A stretch of DNA of 43,410 bases, taken from positions 1 to 43,410 of the IMG/VR virus record IMGVR_UViG_3300025848_000064; one strand, given 5' to 3'. Origin of the DNA: a virus. Lineage: Duplodnaviria; Caudoviricetes. Both the position numbers and the translations under genes were made by a program. Of this stretch, positions 35,201 through 43,410 are shown one piece after another (positions within the stretch are counted from its first letter, which is position 1; each line of letters begins with the position of its first letter). Under the pieces are notes generated by a model. It saw only the letters and a program-made list of their open reading frames with translations. It ran no database searches and was not told the origin of the DNA.

Positions 35201-37289
35201 CGGAATCCTCGACAAGGACACCTTCTTCCAGATCCGCGACAGTGCCCTCGGCTCGGGTTGGTCCGGCCACGCCCTGTGGGCGTTCAAGAACAGCATCCTG
35301 TCCGGCCCGGCCTCCAGCGCCATCAACGTCATCAGCGGCTCGGCGGCGTGGCTCTACATGCCGCTGGAGCGGGCGCTTGGCTACGCGGTGGACGGCCTGT
35401 TCGACCAGCGCCAGACGGGACGCGCCTCCCGCGAGCTCTCCGTCTACAAGGAGCTCCCGTCGGTCATCGGCGAAGTCTGGAACTCCACCAGGGCCTCGTG
35501 GAAGCAGGGCGGCGACTCGATCACCCTGGGGTCCGACAGCAGCCCCTACGGCGAGTTCCTGAACCGCCGAGGGTTCGTGCCCCGCCGCAACGGCAACGTC
35601 TTCACGGTCGCTATGGACTACCTCGTGTGGGGCTCCGGGCAGGCGGTCGGCCTCGGCGGCATCCCGACGAAGCTCATGGGCGCCACCGACGAGGCCTTCT
35701 CCTCGGTGGCCGCACGGGCGGACATGCGGTCGTACCTGATCCACAACGCCCCGGCCAACGTCCAGGGCAACCCGACCCGCCTGGCTGCCTGGGTCCGCGG
35801 CAAGATGCGCCAGGCGTTCAACGACGTCGGCGCCCTCTACAGCGAGGAGGCCGTCCGTGGTCGCGTCATGCGCGAGGCCAAGGCCAAGGGCTTCGAGCCC
35901 GGCAGCCCGGAATGGACGGCATACGTCCAGAACGGGATGGCGAAGGCCTGGGTCGCGCCGCAGGGCAGGGACCGGCTTGACATGGAGTTCATGCAGCGGG
36001 CCGCGGCAGGCGTCCGCCGCCGTGCCGAGCAGACCACGTTCAAGCGCGACTACACGGACATCCTGGAGGAGGCCCACTCGATGGCCCTCGGAACCAGGAC
36101 GCTGGCTGGCCTTGGCCGCAACGCCACCGGCCTGATCCGCGACGTCCCGGCGCTGGGCTTCCTGATGCCCTTCGTCAAGACGCCCACGAACCTGCTGATC
36201 TGGGCCGTCGAGCGCAACCCCATCGAGGCCACGCTCAACCTCCGCAAGCACATGGACAACCCGGAGATGCGCGGCGAGATGGTCGGCCGCCTCTCGGCTG
36301 GCCTGCTCATGTACGGCGTGGCCGTGACGGCCGCCTTCAACGGCGCGATCACCGGCCGCGGTCCGTCCGACCCCAACGTCCGCAAGGCCCTAATGGACTC
36401 CGGATGGCAGCCCAACTCCATCCGCATCGGCGACCGCTACGTCTCCTACTCCCGCTTCGACCCCTACGCCTCGATCCTGGGGCTGATGGGCGACGCGGTT
36501 GACATCGCCAACCAGCGGTACCTGTCGGAGAAGGAGCAGGCGGAGATGATCGACATGACCGCCAAGGTCGTCGTCGGCTCCATCGCCAACAACATGGTCA
36601 ACAAGACCTACCTGACCGGCCTGCGGAACATGCTGGACGCGATCATGAACTGGGAGACCAAGGGGCAGGCCTTCGTCGGCAGCCTCGCCGGTGCGGTCAT
36701 CCCGAACGCCCTGACGCAGCCCTACACCCACTTCCAGGACGAGATGGCGGCCCCCAGGGAGATCATGGACCGCATCATGGCCCGCATCCCGGGCTACGGC
36801 GGCACGGTTGACAAGCGCCGGAACGCCCTCGGGGAGGCTATGGACAACCCAGCGGAAGCCTGGAACCTTGCCATCCCCGCCCGCGTGACTAAGGAGAGCC
36901 GGGACCCGGTCAAGCAGGAGCTGGCGAAGCTGCTGGTGGGCTTCTCCACCCCGAGCCCGACCCTGGACGGCGGCATCGACCTGACCGAGATGCGCTCCGG
37001 CACCGGCCAGACGGCATTCGACCGCTACCAGCAGCTCACCGCCGAGACCGCCATCGGCGGCACGAAGCTGCGCGACCGGCTGGCCCAGATCATCCGGACC
37101 AGCCAGTACCAGGCCATGCCGGAAACCTCCGTTGACGGGGTGCAGACCACCCGCGTCAGCCTGCTCCGCAGCGAGATCGGACGTTATCGCCGTGCCGCGT
37201 TGCAGCGGCTCTTGCAGGAGTACCCAGAGATCGCCAACCGTCGGCGAGAGATCGAGAACATCAAGTCAACCATGCGTCGAGGATCCTGA
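32208..37289 (+). CDS. Large internal virion protein (gp16-like) with a zincin metallopeptidase insert
   Basis: 1693 aa; VVLHEAVHA and EFIAEAMTN; C-terminal PFVKTPTN, GWQPNSI, YSRFDP motifs; synteny. Confidence 0.8.
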   Translation: MSQFQNPLTTLGQDAEIKSPELSGGPIVDAGQPAPQGEMPIWDTTDALMAAPRGLVGAAQGIYNTIDWVGFDVLPDWKTNPLGESRSIAGGLLEGLVEFGSILIPGMGAASGVGAVAKAGRLGKAASKGLGWLAKAPASASAGAKVANEIARATAVGAVADFTLTTPGQQRLSNLALQFESPWLNNDVTKFLASGEGEGELEARLKGAVEGMLLGVPVDFVVEGVMHGIKAVRHGRMAGEAAARSGASPEEAIDVAARAEAEYAAQHRDAIERAASAYSRPDEGVAAMAADGRSSGAAEKFPVIENGAMDRPLEQAPSMLARIQKVIDAETQGGPPSLSQVASSGDGLAESLRWVAIDAWKKTRRHDDVLDAINTWKNDNGFDSTRDLQRASKPASKLFAEAQSTEFAGKFSTDIKAEVAAERAKIVGELSDMVANPRKYTVRSASQALQPLLLEGESMDKILAEAGVRKSVFGITTGGSLKETLESTISLPEMQSQPGLKALGEFLLKQADSESLQDSRTLAGGESSIFLGEYFSAERLVTLFQSIKNPEQAARVVLHEAVHATVLRKINLSVRDAVGNKTGAFFDYENFSGQGAALTNKTGAAASEMRQIISKIKDKDVKQLFELYDHVMKNIPEEWKNKRLFQTWMPNDAHYGLTNIQEFIAEAMTNGKFQRMLADMKLPDNRSLWQAFLDALSKILGTDKLFGALASDAGVSGSDNVLASVIDTGGKIISRSEAEFKGRNPPSLVPDASRAFSLPDPSKAGSGNPRASSMPVPNSPRPDPIAPLRQQIEEIVKRVRGNPTGWTPGDLQELNRLVAETTDSGLFNTGFGAKNGNVQGEFILAFAEMVSENKVLYEGIKRVRSNAETAADRDSFLSVMESIGGFTPEQKIKFAQTISDWHGPMFEDGAAVVSAMVGAQMNKYLDAIKQGASQGEREALYNVLVTMAAADRKNANIIGRALQNRKMMWKEELAARISQLTPQQVSQQLQFMQGMVEIGILDKDTFFQIRDSALGSGWSGHALWAFKNSILSGPASSAINVISGSAAWLYMPLERALGYAVDGLFDQRQTGRASRELSVYKELPSVIGEVWNSTRASWKQGGDSITLGSDSSPYGEFLNRRGFVPRRNGNVFTVAMDYLVWGSGQAVGLGGIPTKLMGATDEAFSSVAARADMRSYLIHNAPANVQGNPTRLAAWVRGKMRQAFNDVGALYSEEAVRGRVMREAKAKGFEPGSPEWTAYVQNGMAKAWVAPQGRDRLDMEFMQRAAAGVRRRAEQTTFKRDYTDILEEAHSMALGTRTLAGLGRNATGLIRDVPALGFLMPFVKTPTNLLIWAVERNPIEATLNLRKHMDNPEMRGEMVGRLSAGLLMYGVAVTAAFNGAITGRGPSDPNVRKALMDSGWQPNSIRIGDRYVSYSRFDPYASILGLMGDAVDIANQRYLSEKEQAEMIDMTAKVVVGSIANNMVNKTYLTGLRNMLDAIMNWETKGQAFVGSLAGAVIPNALTQPYTHFQDEMAAPREIMDRIMARIPGYGGTVDKRRNALGEAMDNPAEAWNLAIPARVTKESRDPVKQELAKLLVGFSTPSPTLDGGIDLTEMRSGTGQTAFDRYQQLTAETAIGGTKLRDRLAQIIRTSQYQAMPETSVDGVQTTRVSLLRSEIGRYRRAALQRLLQEYPEIANRRREIENIKSTMRRGS

Positions 37290-40200
37290 TGCCCGAGTAC
37301 TACGAGCTGCCGTACCAGTCCCGGACCTGGTACCGCGGGGACGGTGTCAAGCTTGACTTCCCGATCCAGTTCGCAGGCGGCCCGCCCCTCGACCGCAGCC
37401 ATGTCAAGGTCTTCATTGACGAGAACATCCTGACCCAGGGGTGGTCCATCGTCAATGTCAACGGTCAGGACCACGTTCGGTTCGGGACCCCGCCGGAGCT
37501 CCGCACCACAGCCCAGGCCCCGAACATCAAGATCGTCCGGGCCACCCCAGGAACCGCCGACAACCGCGCCGTTGACTTCGAGGGCGGGTCGCTGCTGCGG
37601 TCCGAGGACCTCGACAAGGCGATGCTCAACGCCCTGTACGTCTCCCAGGAGTCCTCGGACCTGTTCCTGGACCAGGGAGGCTCGGCCGTCAACACGACCC
37701 AGGCCCAGGACATCGCTGGCGAGAAGACCTTCATCGACGGCGTGGTCATCGACGACAACGCGGTCTTCCGGTTCGAGCCCGGAACCCCGATCAGCAAGGT
37801 CTCCAACGGAGAGCAATACGTCCTCGCCGCGGCGGACCTCCTCGGCAACGTCTCCTGGCAGAAGACGTCGGTGTCCGCGGAGAACCTTCCCTCGTCTGTC
37901 GTCCTGACGGACTCCCCGACCAACCAGGCCCAGGTCATCACCGCCCCGAAGAAGTTCGAGGGCGTCGTTGACATCCTCAACACCAAGCTCAAGATCAGCG
38001 GCGCAACCAGCCCGACCGGCAAGGCCCTGACTTCGGACGCAAACGGCAACCTCAGCCTCAACAGCGTCGTCAACGGGATCCGGCTTGGCAGCGCAAACGT
38101 GGCCCTGAGCACCGGAGAGATCACGATCTCGCCGAACTCCATCGGGGCCCTCCCGGCAAACACCGAGGGCGGCGCACAGACCGTCACGGCGTCCGTCAAC
38201 TTCACCGGCAGCATCAACCTAGGCGACAACGCGGGCGCCGACACGCTTGTCATCAACAGCAAGCTTGTCATCCCGACCAACGCCCAGCAGGGCAGGGTCC
38301 TCACCTGCATCAACGCCGATGGCGACGCTGCATGGCTGGCTGCACCGCAGACCGGGATCACCAGCGTCAACGGCCAGACCGGCGCGGCAACCGGCGGTGC
38401 CGTCACGCTGACCGCAGCAGACGTCGGGGCGGTGACCGTTGACACGAACCAAAACATCAACGGCGCCAAGACGTTCACCAACGATGTCAGCCTTGGCGTC
38501 GATGCCTTTGACAAGATCACCATTGCCGGAGAGCTGTTCATCCCGTCCACAGGCAGCGCCGGTCAGGTCCTGACAAGGACTGCCGATGCCAAGGCAATCT
38601 GGCAGACCCCGCAGCCCGCTGGCGTGTCAACCGTCAACGGCGCCAGCGGCGACGTCTCAATCACCGCAGCCGGTCTGGGCGCATTCACGGCCCAGACGAT
38701 CCCCGTCGCATCGGCCGCCCAAAAGGGCATCATGCAGGTCGGAAGCGGCCTGTCAGTCACCGCCGACGGAGTCGTCAGCGTCAACCAGAACGCGACCCTG
38801 CCGGTCGCCTCCGCAACCGTCCTCGGCGGCGTCAAGGTCGGCAGCAACCTGTCGATCAACGGCGACGGCGTCCTTTCGGCGACCCTCAACGGCAGCGTCG
38901 GCGTCAACAAGTTCAACAACCGGGCCGGGGACGTCATCCCGATCGCGGGCGACTACACGGCCGCCCAGGTGACCAACGCCGTCACCACGAACTCCGCCCA
39001 GGACATCGCGGCTTCCAAGAAGTTCACTGCCAACCAGACCGTGTCCACGGCGACGCCGCCGGTCGGGACTACTGGATCATCCGGCGTCCTGCTGAACACG
39101 AACGGCCTGATCCAGGCGCAGCGGACGGCTGACAACGACCGCGTGTTCCAGGGACACGCGCCTGCTGGCGGCGTGACGTCCTACATCGAGTCGGACGGCA
39201 CCGCCTGGTTCGGCGGCATCGTCACGGCGAACGACGGGTTCGTGTCCACCGGCGGCATGACGATCGGAGACAACACCGCCGACGGCATCAACATCACCGG
39301 CACACTGAAGATCAACGGCAACGGAACACCGGCGGCTGGCAAGGTGCTGACCTGCACGAACGCAAGCGGCAACGTCGAGTGGCAGGTGCCGTCCAACGCC
39401 CCGGTGACCAACGTCAACGGCCTGACCGGCAATGTCCTCATCAGCCTTGACGGAGAGGCAAGCCCGACCGGCAACCTGGGCGGCGTGACCAAGGGCACGA
39501 ACCAGGTCATCTCCGGGACGAAGACCTTCTCGGTGCCCCAGGTGTTCCAGGCAAACGTCACCCTCGGCGATTCCGTGTCGGACACGGTGACCATCAACGC
39601 AGTGACCAAGATCCCGGCAGATGCCTTGGTCGGGCGCGTCCTCACCTGCTCCAACGCAGACGGTACGGTTGCGTGGTCTCCTCCCAGGGTCAACTCCGTC
39701 AAGGGAGTAAACGAGGAATCCGGGCAGATTAACGATGTCGTCATCACGGCGGCCCATGTCGGGGCGCCGACCACGGCAGAACTCACGACGGTTTCCAACG
39801 CAGCCGCGGCAGCCCAGTCCACGGCAACGGCGGCGCAGAACACTGCCACTAACTCGCTCAACGTCGCCAACTCGAAGCTGTCGGCGGTATCGACCGACGC
39901 GACCGTCGGCGGCGACGGAAACCCGTATGTCTGCCTGTCCGGAGACGGGACTTCCGGGAGCAAGCTCCGTGTCGTCGGGGCCCTCCCAATCGGCCCGGCG
40001 GGCGGTGGGCTCACCGGGACCTACCCGAACCCGACCATCGCCAACAGGGCAGTCGGCTTCGGCCAGATCCAGACCGTTCCTGCCCAGACCATCCTCGTCG
40101 GCCCGACCACCGGCACCTCCGCCGGTTCCGTGACAACGGTTGGCATCGGCAGCGGCCTTGGCTTGTCAACGGTGTCCGGCGCGACGGTCCTTGTCAACAG

Positions 40201-40831
40201 CAACCAGCCGGACGTCAAGGCTGCCACGAACAACACCTTCACCGGCACCAACGCCTTCAACGGCGCCAGCGCCACCTTCGGGAACACGACCCCGGTCACC
40301 GTCGGGCAGAACCTGACGGTCAACGGCAACACCACGCTTGGCGACGCCGCGGCTGATTCGGTCATTGTCAACGGCGCCCTGCGGATCTCCTCCGGCACCC
40401 CCGGCGCTGGCAAGGTCTTGACATCGGACGCTAGCGGCAACGCCACCTGGCAGGCAGCCACCGGCGGCTCCGGCGGCGGAGGAAGCGTTACTTCAATCGG
40501 CGCCTGCCAGACCCTGCGTCTGGTCGGGACGCCAAGCGGGTCCAACTGGTCTGCCCTGACCATCGACCAGCCGGGCAACACGTTCTCACGCGCCAACGCG
40601 CTCGGGCTGACGACGGCTGGCGCATGGAACCTCAAGTCTTCTGAAGGTGTCTGGAAGGGCGTCGTCATGCTCAACCCGAACTTCAACGCCTTTGCCAACG
40701 CTCCTCTGCCGACCAGCATGAGCCTTCTCTATGTGACCGTCAACACCACCGGGACGACCGCCAGCCTCGGGACGATCACGCCGACCAACTCCACGGGAAC
40801 GATCGTTCTCATGCTCACGAGGGTCTCCTGA
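37289..40831 (+). CDS. Tail fibre protein (gp17-like)
   Basis: N-terminal T7 gp17-type adaptor (VDFEGGSLLRSEDLD); repeated SVNGxxG, QxIxGxKTF, GxVLT and LGGVKVG fibre motifs. Confidence 0.88.
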   Translation: MPEYYELPYQSRTWYRGDGVKLDFPIQFAGGPPLDRSHVKVFIDENILTQGWSIVNVNGQDHVRFGTPPELRTTAQAPNIKIVRATPGTADNRAVDFEGGSLLRSEDLDKAMLNALYVSQESSDLFLDQGGSAVNTTQAQDIAGEKTFIDGVVIDDNAVFRFEPGTPISKVSNGEQYVLAAADLLGNVSWQKTSVSAENLPSSVVLTDSPTNQAQVITAPKKFEGVVDILNTKLKISGATSPTGKALTSDANGNLSLNSVVNGIRLGSANVALSTGEITISPNSIGALPANTEGGAQTVTASVNFTGSINLGDNAGADTLVINSKLVIPTNAQQGRVLTCINADGDAAWLAAPQTGITSVNGQTGAATGGAVTLTAADVGAVTVDTNQNINGAKTFTNDVSLGVDAFDKITIAGELFIPSTGSAGQVLTRTADAKAIWQTPQPAGVSTVNGASGDVSITAAGLGAFTAQTIPVASAAQKGIMQVGSGLSVTADGVVSVNQNATLPVASATVLGGVKVGSNLSINGDGVLSATLNGSVGVNKFNNRAGDVIPIAGDYTAAQVTNAVTTNSAQDIAASKKFTANQTVSTATPPVGTTGSSGVLLNTNGLIQAQRTADNDRVFQGHAPAGGVTSYIESDGTAWFGGIVTANDGFVSTGGMTIGDNTADGINITGTLKINGNGTPAAGKVLTCTNASGNVEWQVPSNAPVTNVNGLTGNVLISLDGEASPTGNLGGVTKGTNQVISGTKTFSVPQVFQANVTLGDSVSDTVTINAVTKIPADALVGRVLTCSNADGTVAWSPPRVNSVKGVNEESGQINDVVITAAHVGAPTTAELTTVSNAAAAAQSTATAAQNTATNSLNVANSKLSAVSTDATVGGDGNPYVCLSGDGTSGSKLRVVGALPIGPAGGGLTGTYPNPTIANRAVGFGQIQTVPAQTILVGPTTGTSAGSVTTVGIGSGLGLSTVSGATVLVNSNQPDVKAATNNTFTGTNAFNGASATFGNTTPVTVGQNLTVNGNTTLGDAAADSVIVNGALRISSGTPGAGKVLTSDASGNATWQAATGGSGGGGSVTSIGACQTLRLVGTPSGSNWSALTIDQPGNTFSRANALGLTTAGAWNLKSSEGVWKGVVMLNPNFNAFANAPLPTSMSLLYVTVNTTGTTASLGTITPTNSTGTIVLMLTRVS

Positions 40832-41040
40832 TGTCCCAGGACCACGACGTCATGCTCGCCATCGGGCGCCTCGAAGGCAAGCTCGACTCCCTCATCCAGC
40901 TCCGGCAGCAGCAGCAGCAGGAGATCCGCGACCTAGACACCCGGGTGCGGGCTTTGGAGAGCGCCAAGTCACTCATCATCGGCGGAGCAGGCGTCGTGTC
41001 CGCATCCGTGACCCTTCTCCTCAACTTCATCAACAGGTAA
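40831..41040 (+). CDS. Small coiled-coil plus C-terminal TM protein, holin-like candidate
   Basis: IGRLEGKLDSL...RVRALE then LIIGGAGVVSASVTLLL; T7 gp17.5 position. Confidence 0.55.
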   Translation: MSQDHDVMLAIGRLEGKLDSLIQLRQQQQQEIRDLDTRVRALESAKSLIIGGAGVVSASVTLLLNFINR

Positions 41041-41042
41041 CC

Positions 41043-41417
41043 ATGCAAACGATCACGATCATGAACAGCCAGTCGATGGCTACGCCCATCACCGGCACCG
41101 GCGTCACCTACGACGCCCTGATGGACTCCGTCGGCGTCGCCGTCATCAAGATGAAGCAGAGCTCCGCAACGGCACCCAGCGGCACCTGCAACATCCAGAT
41201 CCAGGGCAGCCTCGACGGCAGCGACTGGGCGGTCCTCTACTCGGTCGGCAGCGGATCGCTGACCACCCCCATCGGCGTCTCCCCGGTCTATGGCTCCGGC
41301 AACGACGGCTACCGCACGGTGGCCCAGGTCATCCAGACCATGCCGCTCATGCGCGTCTGCACGGACGCAGGCGTCAGCAACACGAACCTCTCGGTCATCA
41401 TCGCCAACGGACAATGA
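41043..41417 (+). CDS. Hypothetical beta-rich structural protein
   Basis: IQIQGSLDGSDW motif; Thr/Ser/Val-rich. Confidence 0.65.
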   Translation: MQTITIMNSQSMATPITGTGVTYDALMDSVGVAVIKMKQSSATAPSGTCNIQIQGSLDGSDWAVLYSVGSGSLTTPIGVSPVYGSGNDGYRTVAQVIQTMPLMRVCTDAGVSNTNLSVIIANGQ

Positions 41418-43410
41418 CAAGCAGCAACCCCAATTCGTCGCCCACCACGCAACCGACCTTCCGTCCGTTCGCGGCTGCGGGGCGGCGAAAGGGGGTTCGG
41501 CTTGTCCCGACCAACACCATCATTGGCGAACCTACCCAGGCCCCGGCAGCGCCGTCAGGCCTGACCGGTTCTGTCTTCCCGACCTCGATCAACCTGACCT
41601 GGACGGACAACAGCGTCTTCCCGAACACGGCCACTTCGTTCACCTACGAATGGCAGGTGCAGGGGGTCTGGCAATCGGCCACCACGACGGCAACTTCGGC
41701 GACCATCACCGGGCTTTTGGAAACGACCGCATACCCGGTGCAGGTCCGGGCGAACAACGCCGTCGGGAGCAGCTCCTACACACAGTCAACAACGCCGGTC
41801 ACCGGGATCCTGGCCCCGACCAACCTCTCCGTTTCCGTTTCCGGAACCACGGTCAACATCTCCTGGACCGACGCTTCGTCCGTCGAGACCGAGTACCGGG
41901 TCGAGCGTTCGAGCAACGGCGGTGCGTCGTACTCGCTGGTCGCCACTACGGCAGCGAACGCATCTTCCTATGCGGACACGAACCGACCAGACGGCACTTA
42001 CAAGTACCGTGTCGCTGCGGTCAGCTCATCGTCCCCATTCGGTCAGTCTGACTGGGCAACACAGCCGGGCACCGTCACCGTCGCTTCCGTCCCGGCTGCT
42101 CCGACGGGACTTGCGGTGCAGGACGTCACCAACACCCGCGTGGATCTCTCCTGGGACGACATCGCCTCCACCGAGACCGGCTACGTCATCGAGCGGCGCC
42201 TGCTCCCGTCCGGCTCGTTCAGCCAGATCGCGGCCATCGGTGCCGACAGCGTGTCCTACCGGGACAACACCATCCAGGAATCTCGTCAGTACGAGTACCG
42301 GGTGGCGGCAACCAACGCTGCCGGTACGTCGGCCTACAGCAACACGGCCAACACCTGGACGGTACCGAACGCTCCGACCTTCCTCGAAGGGTTCGGTACG
42401 TTCACCGCCGCGTACCTGGACTGGGTTGACAACTCCACCGGAAACACCGGATACCGAATCGAGCGTCGAGTGCCTGGAGGCACGTTCGCGTTCCTTGCCA
42501 ACACCTCCAACGAGGTCACCTACATCAACACCGGCCTGACGACCGGATCGACCTTCGAGTACCGGGTGGCCGCGACCAACGCCACGCAGACCTCCGCCTG
42601 GTCGAACACCGTTTCGGTGACTATGGACGGAGGACTCGGCTCTAACCCAGGCGTCCCGGCGGCGCCGTCCAGCCTCGTCGCCACCGCCACCGGCTCTTCG
42701 ACGATCTCATTGACCTGGACGGACAACGCGAACAACGAGACCGGTTTCGCCATCGAGCGGTCCACGGACAACGTGAACTGGACCGTCATCTCCGACGACG
42801 AGATCGGGCCGAACGGGAACTCCTATTCGGCGGTCTCGCTGAATGCCTCGACCCTCTACTACTTCCGCGTGAAGGCCGAGAATGAGATGGGCTGGTCGCC
42901 CTACAGCAACACGGCGTCTGCTACGACCCAGGCCGCTTCCGGAACTCCAGCCGCATCCTGGTCCCTCGACTTCAGCACCGGGGAGCCGTGGTCGAACGGG
43001 ACGAACTACGTGTTCTCCTCGACGGCCAGCACCACGCGGACGTTCGTCAACAGCAGCGGGTACGTCGCGCCGTGCGTGGCGAATTTGGGCCTGCAAAGCC
43101 AAGACTTCGGTACGACGTGGACGGCATTCGGCATGACCACAACGTCGTATCTGAACACAGATACGGCTCCTGACAATACGGTCACCGCAGACAAACTCAT
43201 TGCCGATACCACGAGCGGCGTGCATTGGTTCTCGCAAGTAATCCCTACCGGGCTTGGTCTTACTCGCACGTTCTCCGTATTTCTGAAGAAGGGAGGTTCA
43301 GACTTCGGGTTTGTTGCGCTGCGATACAACTCAACCGCCGATTCCGCGTACGTTGCGGTTTACGATCTAACCAACGGAACTCGTACCACCACGAACTCCA
43401 TCGGAACATT
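41414..43410 (+). CDS. Fibronectin type III repeat protein (5 Fn3 domains) plus fibre/spike-like domain; truncated by the window end, absent from the ORF track
   Basis: Open from ATG 41414 to the end; five PxAPxxL...LxWxD...YxxER...YxYRVxAxN units, then SLDFS...RTFVNSSG...NLGLQSQDF...APDNTVTADKL. Confidence 0.88.
   Translation, partial: MTSSNPNSSPTTQPTFRPFAAAGRRKGVRLVPTNTIIGEPTQAPAAPSGLTGSVFPTSINLTWTDNSVFPNTATSFTYEWQVQGVWQSATTTATSATITGLLETTAYPVQVRANNAVGSSSYTQSTTPVTGILAPTNLSVSVSGTTVNISWTDASSVETEYRVERSSNGGASYSLVATTAANASSYADTNRPDGTYKYRVAAVSSSSPFGQSDWATQPGTVTVASVPAAPTGLAVQDVTNTRVDLSWDDIASTETGYVIERRLLPSGSFSQIAAIGADSVSYRDNTIQESRQYEYRVAATNAAGTSAYSNTANTWTVPNAPTFLEGFGTFTAAYLDWVDNSTGNTGYRIERRVPGGTFAFLANTSNEVTYINTGLTTGSTFEYRVAATNATQTSAWSNTVSVTMDGGLGSNPGVPAAPSSLVATATGSSTISLTWTDNANNETGFAIERSTDNVNWTVISDDEIGPNGNSYSAVSLNASTLYYFRVKAENEMGWSPYSNTASATTQAASGTPAASWSLDFSTGEPWSNGTNYVFSSTASTTRTFVNSSGYVAPCVANLGLQSQDFGTTWTAFGMTTTSYLNTDTAPDNTVTADKLIADTTSGVHWFSQVIPTGLGLTRTFSVFLKKGGSDFGFVALRYNSTADSAYVAVYDLTNGTRTTTNSIGT

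Noticed and set aside
37289-43410. Diversity-generating retroelement acting on fibre genes
   Set aside because: No reverse transcriptase and no template/variable repeat pair seen

Overview
Nearly complete genome of a GC-rich, temperate T7-like podophage (Autographiviridae-type), all genes on the + strand, circularly permuted so that it opens inside a fibronectin-III/fibre gene. Gene order: terminase small/large subunits; probable genome-end region (~2.2-3.4 kb); an early accessory region (MoxR/CobS-type AAA+ ATPase with a vWA-like partner, then many short coupled ORFs); HTH and MarR-like regulators; tyrosine integrase; an attP carrying the 5' half of tRNA-Leu(TAG); single-subunit RNA polymerase; SSB; resolvase; primase-helicase; PolA; a free-standing LAGLIDADG endonuclease; exonuclease; DUF5664-type nucleotide hydrolase; portal, scaffold, capsid, tail and internal virion proteins; tail fibre; and a 5x Fn3 protein. 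The most interesting signal is non-coding. (1) Early-gene leaders share a hairpin + GCGAGT motif next to the start codon, and the complementary ACTCGC tract lies just before two terminators (end of the early operon, capsid 3'UTR), suggesting 3'-end-derived antisense RNAs that act on early genes. (2) Three early promoters share an A-tract + CCCTACGGG hairpin at a fixed 43-44 bp from the -35 box. (3) A GTCGCC-N4-GGCGAC palindrome recurs at promoters for early, RNAP, SSB and PolA genes, a candidate repressor regulon. No endolysin was recognised. All calls come from reading the sequence by eye; no database searches were run.
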